Shown: piece after piece, positions 28,391 to 37,557 of the stretch
Layout: the number at the start of each line of letters is the position of its first letter
Position numbering within the stretch: position 1 is the first letter of the stretch
Translations under genes and position numbers: made by a program
Assembly (NCBI GenBank): GCA_903892035.1
Contig: CAITGV010000002.1
Span: forward strand, 65,714 to 129,713
Source: an uncultured bacterium
GTDB lineage: Bacteria; Patescibacteriota; Minisyncoccia; Phycocordibacterales; UBA9973
Direction of reading: 5' to 3'
Length of the DNA stretch: 64,000 bases
The notes under the pieces: model-generated
The model's database searches: none
Seen by the model: the letters and a program-made list of their open reading frames with translations, nothing else
Told to the model about the DNA's origin: nothing

Positions 28391-30343
28391 TTATTTTCTC
28401 CTATAACGAAAACCAAGTACTCCACCCACTAAAGCTACCGTAAATACACTTACTGCTACTGGAATTTTTGCTCCGGTTTTAGTTACTGTGGCAATTTGAG
28501 TACTTTTAGGAATACTTTCTTCAATTGGTTTTTCTTCATTCTTACTAGCAAGGACAGTCCTTCCTAGTGGGGCAGTAATTTTCTTTTTTGCTTCTACTAC
28601 TGTTTTAATTGGAGTTACAATTGGTAATATTTGATTCATATTTGGTGTAATGACATCTTTTACTATAATTTGATCTACTGGTGGTGTGGTAATTATATTT
28701 GTTCCAGAATTAATATTTGTTGAATTAATTATTTCCCCTCCGCCACCGCCACCGCCAGTAATATTTTGTTCAATTGGTTTTGAAACTGAATGCATTATTT
28801 GTGCCCAAGTTTTTCCAAGTGCTCCAGGTATTGCATAACTTGTCGCCCAAATACGATTTGAAATAATTTCATTTGCTGGCAAAGCACCGCCATCACTCGT
28901 CTGCTGACTTGCCAAATAATCCAAACCCGTCTTTCCATTTTTACTCCAATTTACTGAAAGTGCTGATTGTGCTTGTAATGCCCAACTTGTCGAAGAAACA
29001 TTTCCCCAACCACCATCGTTTGCTTGTTGTGAATAAATATAATTTCCTGCTTTCGAGAGAGCGATCGATACTCCGGAAACATTACTAAATTGTGATAGTG
29101 CCATAATTCCAGCTCCAGTCATGTCTACACTTTCGTCCCACGAACCATCGGAATTTTGTTTTGAAATAATATATGAAATATCTTTTGAAATAATATCATC
29201 ATTAGAGTTATAACCTGCACTTGATAATGGAATTAAAGAAAAAATATCATCATTTATTAAAGATGCGCCCCCAAATTGTGTACCATCGAATGCTTTTACT
29301 ATTGGAGAAATAAAATCTGCACCGTGAAAAGAATACGGGTTTTGATTTAATGCAAGTAGTGCCATCGAATGGCGTTCATTATCTGTAAGATTTCCACTAA
29401 CAGTATTGTGAGTAGTCATATAATTTAAAATATTTGAATTTGATGAATTATTTGAAGAATAAGCAATTGCTACCCAGTCAGTATACAAATCTGCACCACC
29501 AAATGATCCATCACTTCCCTGTACGCCATTTAAATATGAAATTGCATTTGGTACAGAAAAAATTGGTGGTGGATTTCCGCCACCACTTCCACCCCCACTA
29601 CCCGAAACAGGAGCAATTAGAGAATGAATATTTAATGTGACTTGGTCACCAATATTATTATCAGAAAAATCATGAAGTTGTATCACAATACTGTCACCTG
29701 TATTTACTGGCAGCATTACAATACCCAATTGCGCAGAATTTCCATTTTGTAAAATCGTCCAATATTGGCTATTTGGATCAGCTGTAACATTATTGATTTG
29801 AGTAATAAATAAACCCATACTTGGATATTGATTTGAAAGTTTTACGCTGGAAATCGCTCCATTTGCAATTGCTGTTTCAAGGGCACAAATTGCAAAATAT
29901 GTGCCATCTTCAGAATAATTGTGTACTACTCCGTCATTATCTGTGGCACTACAACTTGTTGGTACATCCACATCTGCAGAAATATTTAAATGTGTCACAA
30001 TTGCATTTACATTCACTGTATATGTGGTTGTCTGCGTTCCATCTGTAATAGTTAGAACTTGATTCGTTGCGGGTGCAGAACTATCAAAACCAGTTATGTT
30101 TGTGGCGGTAATTGTTTCAACTTTAGTACTTGCATCACTGTATGTTCCTGTCACAACAAGTCCAGTGATGTCCAAAGTGTCTCCGACACTATATGTTAAT
30201 TTATTTTCAGGAGTTGTAATAGTGATACTTGAGAGAGTTGGGTCTAGTGGAGGGACAATGTCGTCAGCAAAAACCTTAAAACCAAAACTAAATATAACAA
30301 TTAATAAAAATACTTTTAACTTTTTCATTATTCTAATTTCCAC
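28391..30343 (-). CDS. secreted, C-terminally membrane-anchored protein: Ig-like domain, DUF4430 (transcobalamin-like), prenyltransferase/terpenoid-cyclase-like repeats
   Basis: Signal peptide, DUF4430-like segment (GTYFAICALE...WTILQNG), repeated SDGSFGG/SDGSW/NDGGWG alpha-toroid repeat motifs, Gly-rich linkers, C-terminal TM plus RYRRK. Confidence 0.6.
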   Translation of the reverse strand: MEIRIMKKLKVFLLIVIFSFGFKVFADDIVPPLDPTLSSITITTPENKLTYSVGDTLDITGLVVTGTYSDASTKVETITATNITGFDSSAPATNQVLTITDGTQTTTYTVNVNAIVTHLNISADVDVPTSCSATDNDGVVHNYSEDGTYFAICALETAIANGAISSVKLSNQYPSMGLFITQINNVTADPNSQYWTILQNGNSAQLGIVMLPVNTGDSIVIQLHDFSDNNIGDQVTLNIHSLIAPVSGSGGGSGGGNPPPIFSVPNAISYLNGVQGSDGSFGGADLYTDWVAIAYSSNNSSNSNILNYMTTHNTVSGNLTDNERHSMALLALNQNPYSFHGADFISPIVKAFDGTQFGGASLINDDIFSLIPLSSAGYNSNDDIISKDISYIISKQNSDGSWDESVDMTGAGIMALSQFSNVSGVSIALSKAGNYIYSQQANDGGWGNVSSTSWALQAQSALSVNWSKNGKTGLDYLASQQTSDGGALPANEIISNRIWATSYAIPGALGKTWAQIMHSVSKPIEQNITGGGGGGGEIINSTNINSGTNIITTPPVDQIIVKDVITPNMNQILPIVTPIKTVVEAKKKITAPLGRTVLASKNEEKPIEESIPKSTQIATVTKTGAKIPVAVSVFTVALVGGVLGFRYRRK

Positions 30344-30894
30344 TCGATGATATCACCAATATGAGGAATATATGAAGAGATGCCGACAGACGCCTCTTTG
30401 CCATTAATATAGTAAATAATATTTTTTCCATTTCCTTGATGAATATCACCAATATCTGTAACAAAAAATCCTAGTCCTGAATATTCTTTTCCCTTAAAAT
30501 TTAATAAATTATTTTTCTGTCCATTTAGCATTGTTTTATATAAATTGTCCCCAGAAATAAAAGGTAGATTTATGTTTTTATTTTCAATTTTAAAAGTAAT
30601 ATTTTCAGGGATAGTATTAATACCTGTTGAAATCACTTGTGCTAAATTTATATTATTTAATATTTTTTGATTTGGAATATTTACAGATAGATTTTCTGTT
30701 GGAGTACTTTTAATTACTGTTTCTTTTTTATTTCTTGCAGACAAAAATACAATAATTCCTGCTGAAATTATAAGTAAAATTGTTAATATAATAATTTTTT
30801 TTAAAAATTTTGACATAAATAAATGGTACAAAATATAACTAAATACAATATTTCGTCTTCGACTCGAACGATGTGAAAAAGAATACTCTTTCAC
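30328..30894 (-). CDS. membrane-anchored DUF4430 (transcobalamin-like) domain protein
   Basis: N-terminal TM then GFFVTDIGDI...YYINGKEASVGISSY...GDIIEWK, typical DUF4430. Preceded by the cobalamin-riboswitch-like leader. Start may be the internal Met at about 30817. Confidence 0.6.
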   Translation of the reverse strand: MKEYSFSHRSSRRRNIVFSYILYHLFMSKFLKKIIILTILLIISAGIIVFLSARNKKETVIKSTPTENLSVNIPNQKILNNINLAQVISTGINTIPENITFKIENKNINLPFISGDNLYKTMLNGQKNNLLNFKGKEYSGLGFFVTDIGDIHQGNGKNIIYYINGKEASVGISSYIPHIGDIIEWKLE

Positions 30895-30913
30895 TCGATT
30901 CTCGCTTGCCGAA

Positions 30914-31080
30914 ATAAAAAAATTCCTTCGGAGAGGAATTTTTGCGCATGCTAATGCAATACGTTTCCTGCTCGGGACTTACATCATATTAGTAATCGGA
31001 CTTTTCCATTTTATTGGAATCACCGTAGCGGCACTGTGCAGGATTCACACCTGCTTCCCTAATATGAATATTATTTTTTT
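30914..31080 (-). promoter_or_regulatory. cobalamin (B12) riboswitch-like leader with intrinsic terminator expression platform
   Basis: Minus-strand RNA contains AGGGAAGCAGGUGUGAAUCCUGCACAGUGCCGCUACGGUGA, matching the cobalamin aptamer core GGGAA..GGUG..AAUCC..GC.G.CCCGC.AC.GU. Followed by hairpin AAUUCCU-cuccga-AGGAAUU plus U7 at 30914..30943. Confidence 0.7.
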
Positions 31081-31092
31081 AAATGCTTCAAC

Positions 31093-31120
31093 ATTATACA
31101 CCTATAAAACTTTCATGCAA
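31093..31120 (-). promoter_or_regulatory. sigma-70-like promoter TTGCAT-N16-TATAAT driving the riboswitch leader
   Basis: Consensus hexamers on the minus strand just downstream of the pduO stop. Confidence 0.55.
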
Positions 31121-31130
31121 TGCCCCTAAA

Positions 31131-31688
31131 TTAATCATACCTTGGAGCTTCCTCGGTAATACCAGCTACATGGTTAAAACCTCGTGCAAAGGCGTACAAG
31201 ACACTAGAAAGGCGGTTGAGGTACGCAAGAGTATCTTTACCTATTTGAGTGTTATTTTCTTGAGCTACACCGACTACTCGCCTCTCCGCACGGCGAGCGA
31301 TAGTACGGGCAATGTCGGAGAGTGAAGCGAGTTCTGTGCCACCTGAGACAAAAAAGCTTTTTATTGGTGGGAGCATTTTTTCAATATCATCTACAATAGC
31401 TTCCAGCCATTTTACTTTTTCTTCGGTAATTTTTTTATCTGCTCCTGCAAGTTCGGCTTGAATAATAAAAAGGTCTTGTTGAATACGATCAATGGTTTCG
31501 GAAATATTCAATTCCCTATCGTGTAAAACAAATTTTACATCCTTAGCTTTTACTTTTACTAAACCAAGAAATGAATTTATTTCATCCATTGACCCTAAAG
31601 AATCAGCAATTGCCGAGCTCTTGGATATTCTTTGATCACAAGAAAAAGTTTTTGTTGTTCCATTGTCGCCTTTTCTAGTGTAGAGCAT
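31131..31688 (-). CDS. pduO: PduO-type ATP:cob(I)alamin adenosyltransferase
   Basis: MLYTRKGDNGTT N-terminus and PduO/MMAB family length (185 aa). Confidence 0.8.
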   Translation of the reverse strand: MLYTRKGDNGTTKTFSCDQRISKSSAIADSLGSMDEINSFLGLVKVKAKDVKFVLHDRELNISETIDRIQQDLFIIQAELAGADKKITEEKVKWLEAIVDDIEKMLPPIKSFFVSGGTELASLSDIARTIARRAERRVVGVAQENNTQIGKDTLAYLNRLSSVLYAFARGFNHVAGITEEAPRYD

Positions 31689-31693
31689 ATTTT

Positions 31694-33970
31694 TTAGACT
31701 TCACAAAGACCTGCGACGCAAGCCAACTCTTTTTTAACCTCTGTTTCGTCTTCTTTTTCGTAAGTAACTATCTTTGAGAAATCTAAATCACCAAGACGAG
31801 CCTTCATTTCTTCATAGCGCTCTTTTGAAATAGTTTCATATGGAGCAAGTTGGTACACATGATTTGAACGAGGAAGGAAAGAAAGTCCACCGACAAGTTC
31901 CCAGTTTTCATACAACCAATGAGCAACTTTTAGCCATTCATCGTCACCAACAGAAATAGTAACTGAAGGATTGTGTTCTGTATAATGTTTTTTTACAACT
32001 TTCCAATGTTCAAGTTGTGCAATTGCATTTATGTCATTGCTACAAATTGCACCCTCTGGAGCTTTCACTGGAAATTCCAAAACATATGTTGTTGCAGATT
32101 CCAATGTTTGACCTACTTCTGGATAATAAGGAACTCCTTGATCTTTCAACATTTTGAAAAGTGCATCTGTGGATGAGATACGAATACGACGAATGTAATA
32201 TGGAGCGTGGCGAGGGTGCATTCCAGAAGCACAGTCTACGGTTTGAGATACTGTTCCAGATGGCTTCACACAAGTGACACAAGTTGAAGCACTAACTCCC
32301 AATTTTTTTGCATATTTTTTATTTGTTTCAACAGCAAGAATTCTCATCTTTTCTAAAATTTTTGGGTCTCTAGCTAGACTTGAGTCCCACTGACCAGTGA
32401 CAGAAACTCCGAGCAATCTTTCTTGTTCACAATTCTTTTTCCATTCTTTTGAAAGATAAGGGAAATATGTAAGTGATGATTGATATGTTCCTAAAATTGT
32501 AGCTACACGAATTTTTCGCATAAGTGTCTCTTCTGTATCTTCGGCACGTGCAATTACTTCTGAAAGATTACAAAATTGTTTTGATTGCAAAATAATTTCT
32601 CCACAAGGATTTGTTCCCCATGATGGATAATTTTTATCTGGCCATTGTTCGAGACGACGTTTTGGCAAAGTGTCGGCAAGACCACCACGATTAAATATTC
32701 CACGTTCGCCCGAACCACTTTTAATAAGAGCAATCCACTCATCGAGGAACTCTGTTGTACCAGGTTTTGTGTGGTAAACAGCAGAGTTATTTGCAAGCAT
32801 TCTCTGACCTTCGTTCATATAAAATTGTCCTTTTTTGGAATCACGAATTGCTTCATCGTCTAGATCTGAAAGTGAAATCATTGCACTTCGGCGAACTCCT
32901 CCAGCGACAACACATTCACCTATCTTACAAATGATATCGTGTGCATCTAGGTTTGAAAGATGGCGTCCTTGTCTGCGGAAAATTCTTTCACGAGTAAATT
33001 CAAGAAGAGATTGAAGTGGAGCAGGACCAGAACTTTTTCCTCCCATTGTTTTCAGTCTTGATCCAGCTGGACGAATTGCTCCGTAGTCAAAAGAAACATC
33101 ATCACCATCAAACCAAGTCTTCATGCCATATGCCAATGCATCTGCCCAACCTTCTTTACTATCTGGCACCATATATACTGGAAGTTTTTTACCAGATTGT
33201 TTTTGAATTTGTGGAAGTGCTTGAATATTTTCACTTTCAACTGACCAGCCCACACCAGTTCCACACATTGATATATACATTATTTCTGCAAAATCTTGAA
33301 AACATTTTGGCGCAATAAATGAACAATTGTAAGCGCAAACATTTGTACGTCGTGCCGACTTACCAGCAAATTGCAATAAACGCATTGAAGGCATCGCTTC
33401 TTGTTTTAAAATTGCCTGGCGAACTTCTTCATATTCAACATTTGTTAATTTTGTACCGACATTGTCACGCATAAAATCCATGTAGCGATCGACTGTCTCG
33501 ATCCATGTCTCACGGCGACCTTCTTCGGGAATCCATTTTGCATAACTACGATAATACACAAGCTCAGCTAAAGGATTGCGGAAATATTGTTTACTTTCTG
33601 CAACAAGTGCTTTGACTTTCTCTGGCACAAAACCAACTTTCTGACGAACCATTGAACGTTCTTTTCGGTAAAGAATGTATGCTTTTGCTGTCTGATGAAA
33701 ACCAGTATCAATGAGTGCATTTTCTACTGTGTCCTGAATTGTTTCCACATGAGGAATATATGCCTTCAATTTTTTAATTTTTTTAACTTCCAAAAGAATA
33801 TCCAAAACTTTAAGCATGACTGTCTCTGCACTTTCTTCATTACCTTCACCGACAGATTGCATTGCGCGAAAAATAGCGCGAGTAATGCGCTTTTCATCGA
33901 GTGGTACTACTGTACTGTCTCTTTTTTGTATGCTTTGTAATGCAGAATACTTTTTGTTGTTTTTTTTCAT
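31694..33970 (-). CDS. nrdJ: adenosylcobalamin-dependent (class II) ribonucleotide reductase NrdJ with N-terminal ATP-cone
   Basis: ATP-cone VVPLDEKRITRAI, active-site NPCGEI and redox Cys pairs; length 758 aa. Confidence 0.8.
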   Translation of the reverse strand: MKKNNKKYSALQSIQKRDSTVVPLDEKRITRAIFRAMQSVGEGNEESAETVMLKVLDILLEVKKIKKLKAYIPHVETIQDTVENALIDTGFHQTAKAYILYRKERSMVRQKVGFVPEKVKALVAESKQYFRNPLAELVYYRSYAKWIPEEGRRETWIETVDRYMDFMRDNVGTKLTNVEYEEVRQAILKQEAMPSMRLLQFAGKSARRTNVCAYNCSFIAPKCFQDFAEIMYISMCGTGVGWSVESENIQALPQIQKQSGKKLPVYMVPDSKEGWADALAYGMKTWFDGDDVSFDYGAIRPAGSRLKTMGGKSSGPAPLQSLLEFTRERIFRRQGRHLSNLDAHDIICKIGECVVAGGVRRSAMISLSDLDDEAIRDSKKGQFYMNEGQRMLANNSAVYHTKPGTTEFLDEWIALIKSGSGERGIFNRGGLADTLPKRRLEQWPDKNYPSWGTNPCGEIILQSKQFCNLSEVIARAEDTEETLMRKIRVATILGTYQSSLTYFPYLSKEWKKNCEQERLLGVSVTGQWDSSLARDPKILEKMRILAVETNKKYAKKLGVSASTCVTCVKPSGTVSQTVDCASGMHPRHAPYYIRRIRISSTDALFKMLKDQGVPYYPEVGQTLESATTYVLEFPVKAPEGAICSNDINAIAQLEHWKVVKKHYTEHNPSVTISVGDDEWLKVAHWLYENWELVGGLSFLPRSNHVYQLAPYETISKERYEEMKARLGDLDFSKIVTYEKEDETEVKKELACVAGLCEV

Positions 33971-34512
33971 GCTTTTTGTGGATTAAAAATATTAATAATA
34001 GAAAAATTTTCAAATTTTTTGTTAAGAATTACATAACGATAAATAACTGGGGATAACATTATCGCAAATATAAGATTTCCTAGCAAGTGTGCAAGCGTAA
34101 ATGGAATTTGTCCGACTAAAGAAACTTCAAAACTTTGATGAAAAAACAATGGACCGATAGTCAAACCCGTAACTGCGTCGTAAGCGATGGTACCCATAAT
34201 TGCAAATTTTGCGTAATTCCATGCATTGCTCTCTTTATTTTGGAAATAAAATGCTGACCAGAGTCCCAAAAGGCCGTAAGAGAGTGCTGTAATCCAAGTC
34301 CATACTCCTACGTGTCCTGTAATGATGTCGTACAAAATCATACTAATAAAAGCAAAAGAAAATCCTGCGAACTTTCCAAATGCTTTTGAAAATGGCATTT
34401 GAGTCGCGAGGATTGGCTCGATATTTGGTGGACGAAATGGTATAAGACGAATTAAAAGACAAGAAATAAATCCGACAATATATTTAAGATAATTTTTTTG
34501 ATTCGTTTTCAT
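33967..34512 (-). CDS. small 5-6 TM membrane protein, ECF-S-component/BtuM-like (candidate vitamin transporter)
   Basis: 181 aa, hydrophobic helices typical of ECF substrate-binding components; stop overlaps the nrdJ start (33967-33970). Confidence 0.4.
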   Translation of the reverse strand: MKTNQKNYLKYIVGFISCLLIRLIPFRPPNIEPILATQMPFSKAFGKFAGFSFAFISMILYDIITGHVGVWTWITALSYGLLGLWSAFYFQNKESNAWNYAKFAIMGTIAYDAVTGLTIGPLFFHQSFEVSLVGQIPFTLAHLLGNLIFAIMLSPVIYRYVILNKKFENFSIINIFNPQKA

Positions 34513-34706
34513 ATTTAGGGGTCAAAATAAACGCTTGCAAGGTTTTCAAGCACAGTGGTATAATATTTGCAGTTAAGAATTTACAAAACTACTAATCAAG
34601 TATAACAAAAAAAATTCCACTAAACATTGTGGATAACCCAAAAAATTAGTGGTAAGAAAACTTTTTGAAGACAGTGTCAAAACATTATTAGTTAATAGAT
34701 ATAATT

Positions 34707-35261
34707 ATGAAGCATCATATTATTGAGGACTCACCGTTTGCAAAGTTTTTCTTTACTAGTTCTAAGGCCAGCTGGTTTTGGCTTATTGTACGTATATATG
34801 TGGGCTGGCAATGGCTCGAAGCTGGTTGGGGTAAAATCCACCAAAGCGTATGGGTAGGACCCGATGCTGGTGGAGCAATTTCTGGTTTTGTGAATGGAGC
34901 AATTGCTAAAACTGGTGGAGCTCACCCAGATGTACAAGGTTGGTATGGATGGTTTTTACAAAATGTAGTACTACCTCATCCAAATCTTTGGTCACACGCA
35001 GTTGCATATGGAGAAGTACTTGTTGGTGTAGCTCTTATAATAGGAGCATTTACTGGTATCGCAGCATTTTTTGGACTCTTTATGAATTTAAATTACCTAT
35101 TGGCTGGCACAGTAAGTGTGAACCCAATTTTATTTACATTAAGTATTGGTTTGATTCTTGCTTGGAAAGTTGCAGGACTTTTGGGAGTTGATCACTATTT
35201 ATTGCCACTACTTGGAACTCCGTGGAAAAATAATGGCACGGGAGAACAAGCGAAAGTTTAA
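34707..35261 (+). CDS. DoxX-family membrane protein
   Basis: RIYVGWQWLEAGWGKI motif typical of DoxX/TQO small subunit. Confidence 0.7.
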   Translation: MKHHIIEDSPFAKFFFTSSKASWFWLIVRIYVGWQWLEAGWGKIHQSVWVGPDAGGAISGFVNGAIAKTGGAHPDVQGWYGWFLQNVVLPHPNLWSHAVAYGEVLVGVALIIGAFTGIAAFFGLFMNLNYLLAGTVSVNPILFTLSIGLILAWKVAGLLGVDHYLLPLLGTPWKNNGTGEQAKV

Positions 35262-35282
35262 TATATAGAATTCGTCACGTAA

Positions 35283-35312
35283 AAATGGTACCTTTAAAAG
35301 GTGCCATTTTTT
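35283..35312 (+). terminator. intrinsic terminator (aaatggtacc-N7-ggtgccattt then T-run) after the DoxX gene
   Basis: 10-bp stem with one mismatch followed by T6; overlaps the GTG start of truB. Confidence 0.55.
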
Positions 35313-36032
35313 GTTATACATAAAAAATTAGGGGAAACGCCACTTCAAGCGCTTGAAGGAGTGCGGGCGAAAAACAATATTGGAAAAGAGATTCCAATGA
35401 CTTACGCTGGGCGCTTGGACCCAGCAGCAGAAGGATTTCTCATAATCCTATCGGGCGACGATGTACACAAAAAAGATGAATATAAAAATTTAGAAAAAAT
35501 TTACGAAGTTGATTTAATTTTTGGACTTTCGACAGATACAGGAGACTTACTTGGTGTACTAAAAAGTGCACAAGTCAGATGTGTAACAAAAATTACAGAA
35601 GAAGATTTAAATAGTGTACTTGCAAAACTTTCTGGCACGCGCGAACAAAAATTTCATTCCTTTTCTTCAAAACCTGTCGATGGCCTTCCCCTTTGGTCGC
35701 ATATGCGAGAAAATAATAATGTAGAAATTCCTTCACACACAATTACGATAAATAAAATTTCAATATTGAAAGATGAAAATATTTCCTCTTCTGAAATATT
35801 TAAACAAGTTGAAAATATCACCACTCTTGTCACTGGCGACTTTCGACAAAAAGAAATTCTCGACTCATGGCAAAAAATTCCCAAAAATGAAACTTTTCAA
35901 AAATTCACCATAAAAGTCTCCTGCTCTTCCGGCACTTACATGCGCGTCCTCGCCGAAGAAATCGGCTCGCTCCTAAACTCCCCCACTCTCGCTTCACGAA
36001 TTTTTAGAAAAAGTGTCGGGGAATTTAAATAA
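35301..36032 (+). CDS. truB: tRNA pseudouridine(55) synthase TruB
   Basis: GRLDPAAEGFL catalytic Asp motif and TruB N-terminal alignment; GTG start. Confidence 0.8.
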   Translation: MPFFVIHKKLGETPLQALEGVRAKNNIGKEIPMTYAGRLDPAAEGFLIILSGDDVHKKDEYKNLEKIYEVDLIFGLSTDTGDLLGVLKSAQVRCVTKITEEDLNSVLAKLSGTREQKFHSFSSKPVDGLPLWSHMRENNNVEIPSHTITINKISILKDENISSSEIFKQVENITTLVTGDFRQKEILDSWQKIPKNETFQKFTIKVSCSSGTYMRVLAEEIGSLLNSPTLASRIFRKSVGEFK

Positions 36033-36047
36033 TTCAAAAAAAAGAGA

Positions 36048-36075
36048 CCCCCTACTTTCGTAAAGGGTCTCAATG
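36048..36075 (-). terminator. intrinsic terminator (gagaccc-N14-gggtctc, flanked by A8 on the plus strand) for gene 36096..36650
   Basis: Hairpin followed by U8 on the minus strand. Confidence 0.5.
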
Positions 36076-36095
36076 TGCTGATAATACAATCTGCA

Positions 36096-36650
36096 CTAAT
36101 TTAAAATTGGATCGACTGGAATTTGCCAATCCTTAATTTGCGAGCGTAAAACAATAGCTTCAGTTTCATTTATGACATCATTTTCTAAAAAAATATCAAC
36201 AAATTCTTCTGCTTGTGTATTATTTTCCAACTCGCCTGTTACACTACCGCTCTTGGTAACAATTCTGGCGCAATGACAATGTTTACAAACAACAAGAACT
36301 GATTCTTCAACTGGAAAGTTCGGCATAATATGACCTTTAGTCATTGATAGAATTTCTTCACTTGTTACAGAAATTCTATCAATTTTATCAGCAACATATC
36401 GAATAATTTTATTAATAGTATCCTCTCTTTCTTCTTCATTGAAATAAACAGGCATTTCTTTGTTTTTTGCTAAACTTGCAAATTTTTTTGTAATAGATTC
36501 TAGTTCTGATTCGGGAATATTTCCCATTTCCATTTGATGAGCAATCTCTTTACTCATACTTATTAAGGACTTAAACCCACCAATAACTTTGTTATTAGAG
36601 AGAATGATGGTGCCTTCACCATTTTTGGCTCGAATTACTGTTTTTCTCAC
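36096..36650 (-). CDS. hypothetical protein with Cys/His cluster (CKHCHC)
   Basis: 184-aa ORF; no recognised family. Confidence 0.45.
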   Translation of the reverse strand: MRKTVIRAKNGEGTIILSNNKVIGGFKSLISMSKEIAHQMEMGNIPESELESITKKFASLAKNKEMPVYFNEEEREDTINKIIRYVADKIDRISVTSEEILSMTKGHIMPNFPVEESVLVVCKHCHCARIVTKSGSVTGELENNTQAEEFVDIFLENDVINETEAIVLRSQIKDWQIPVDPILN

Positions 36651-36743
36651 TTTTTTATTTTTTAATGTTTAACAATTACTTTATGAATTTCACAATAAAA
36701 TTATCACAAATAGTCTTTTGTGTCAATAGATATATTTTTTTTG

Positions 36744-36816
36744 TGCGCGATAGAGGATTCGAACCTCTGACCTACCCCACGTCAAGGGGTCGCTCTACCA
36801 ACTGAGCTAACCGCGC
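36744..36816 (-). tRNA. tRNA-Val (anticodon GAC)
   Basis: Reverse complement GCGCGGTTAGCTCAGTTGGTAGAGCGACCCCTTGACGTGGGGT...TTCGAATCC...ATCGCGCA folds as a cloverleaf. Confidence 0.85.
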
Positions 36817-36890
36817 AAACTCCATCGATACCTACCAAAACAGCATAACCGTTCAAACACCATCGATACATACCAAAACAGCATAACCGT
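36817..36890. repeat. two tandem copies of a 38-bp unit (aaacNccatcgatacNtaccaaaacagcataaccgt) immediately 5' of tRNA-Val
   Basis: Units at 36817-36852 and 36855-36890 differ at 3 positions. Confidence 0.8.
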
Positions 36891-36960
36891 GTATATAGTC
36901 AATAAATATAAAGATACAACATTTACAGTCTTTTTTCAATCTCAAAAGTTAAAAATACTA

Positions 36961-37479
36961 TAAATCCTTCTCCATCCAATAATATTCAATATCACCATTT
37001 TTTCCCTCACTTGTAACTTTAAAACCCATTCTGTCATATGTATTTTTAGCCTTATTTCCTTTTATTACATTCAGTATTGCTTTCTTTGCATATTTATTTT
37101 TTACTTCTTGCAATACTTGAGCCATAAGTTTTTCTCAAATTCCCTTTCCCTGTAATTCTTCTTTTAAATAAACAGCTCGTATCAGCCACGTATCTTTTAT
37201 TTTTTTATCTAATTCTGCTGCAGCCATACCGACGGTTTCATTTCCCTCTTTTACTAGATAAACAAAACCATTTTTATTTTTTAGATCTTCCAACCATTCT
37301 CCATCTTTGCGTTCATTTATTTTTTTAGCTTTTTCTTCAGTAATATTATAAGCTTTTGGCTCCTTATCTACTGCCTCGAGACGAATTTTTTTATAATCTT
37401 CAACATCGCTCTCTTCAGCTAAGCGAATAGCAATATTTAGATTTTCTTGTTTAGGCATAAAATTTCCTTGATTTTCCAT
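36961..37479 (-). pseudogene. GNAT acetyltransferase split by a frameshift (37135..37479 N-terminal part; 36961..37128 C-terminal part in another frame)
   Basis: First ORF ends LQGKGI* inside the Q/RxxGxG CoA-binding motif. Next frame continues MAQVLQEVKNKYAKKAILNVIKGNKAKNTYDRMGFK..., a typical GNAT C-terminus. Break at a T-homopolymer. Confidence 0.5.
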
Positions 37480-37557
37480 TTATCAATTATACCAACAATA
37501 ATGGCAAAGAGAAAATGACTTGCAAAATAAGCATTTAATGGTAATCTGTAATACATA

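Noticed and set aside
36817-36890. Possible CRISPR array
   Set aside because: Only two repeat units with a 2-bp spacer; no cas genes anywhere in the window.
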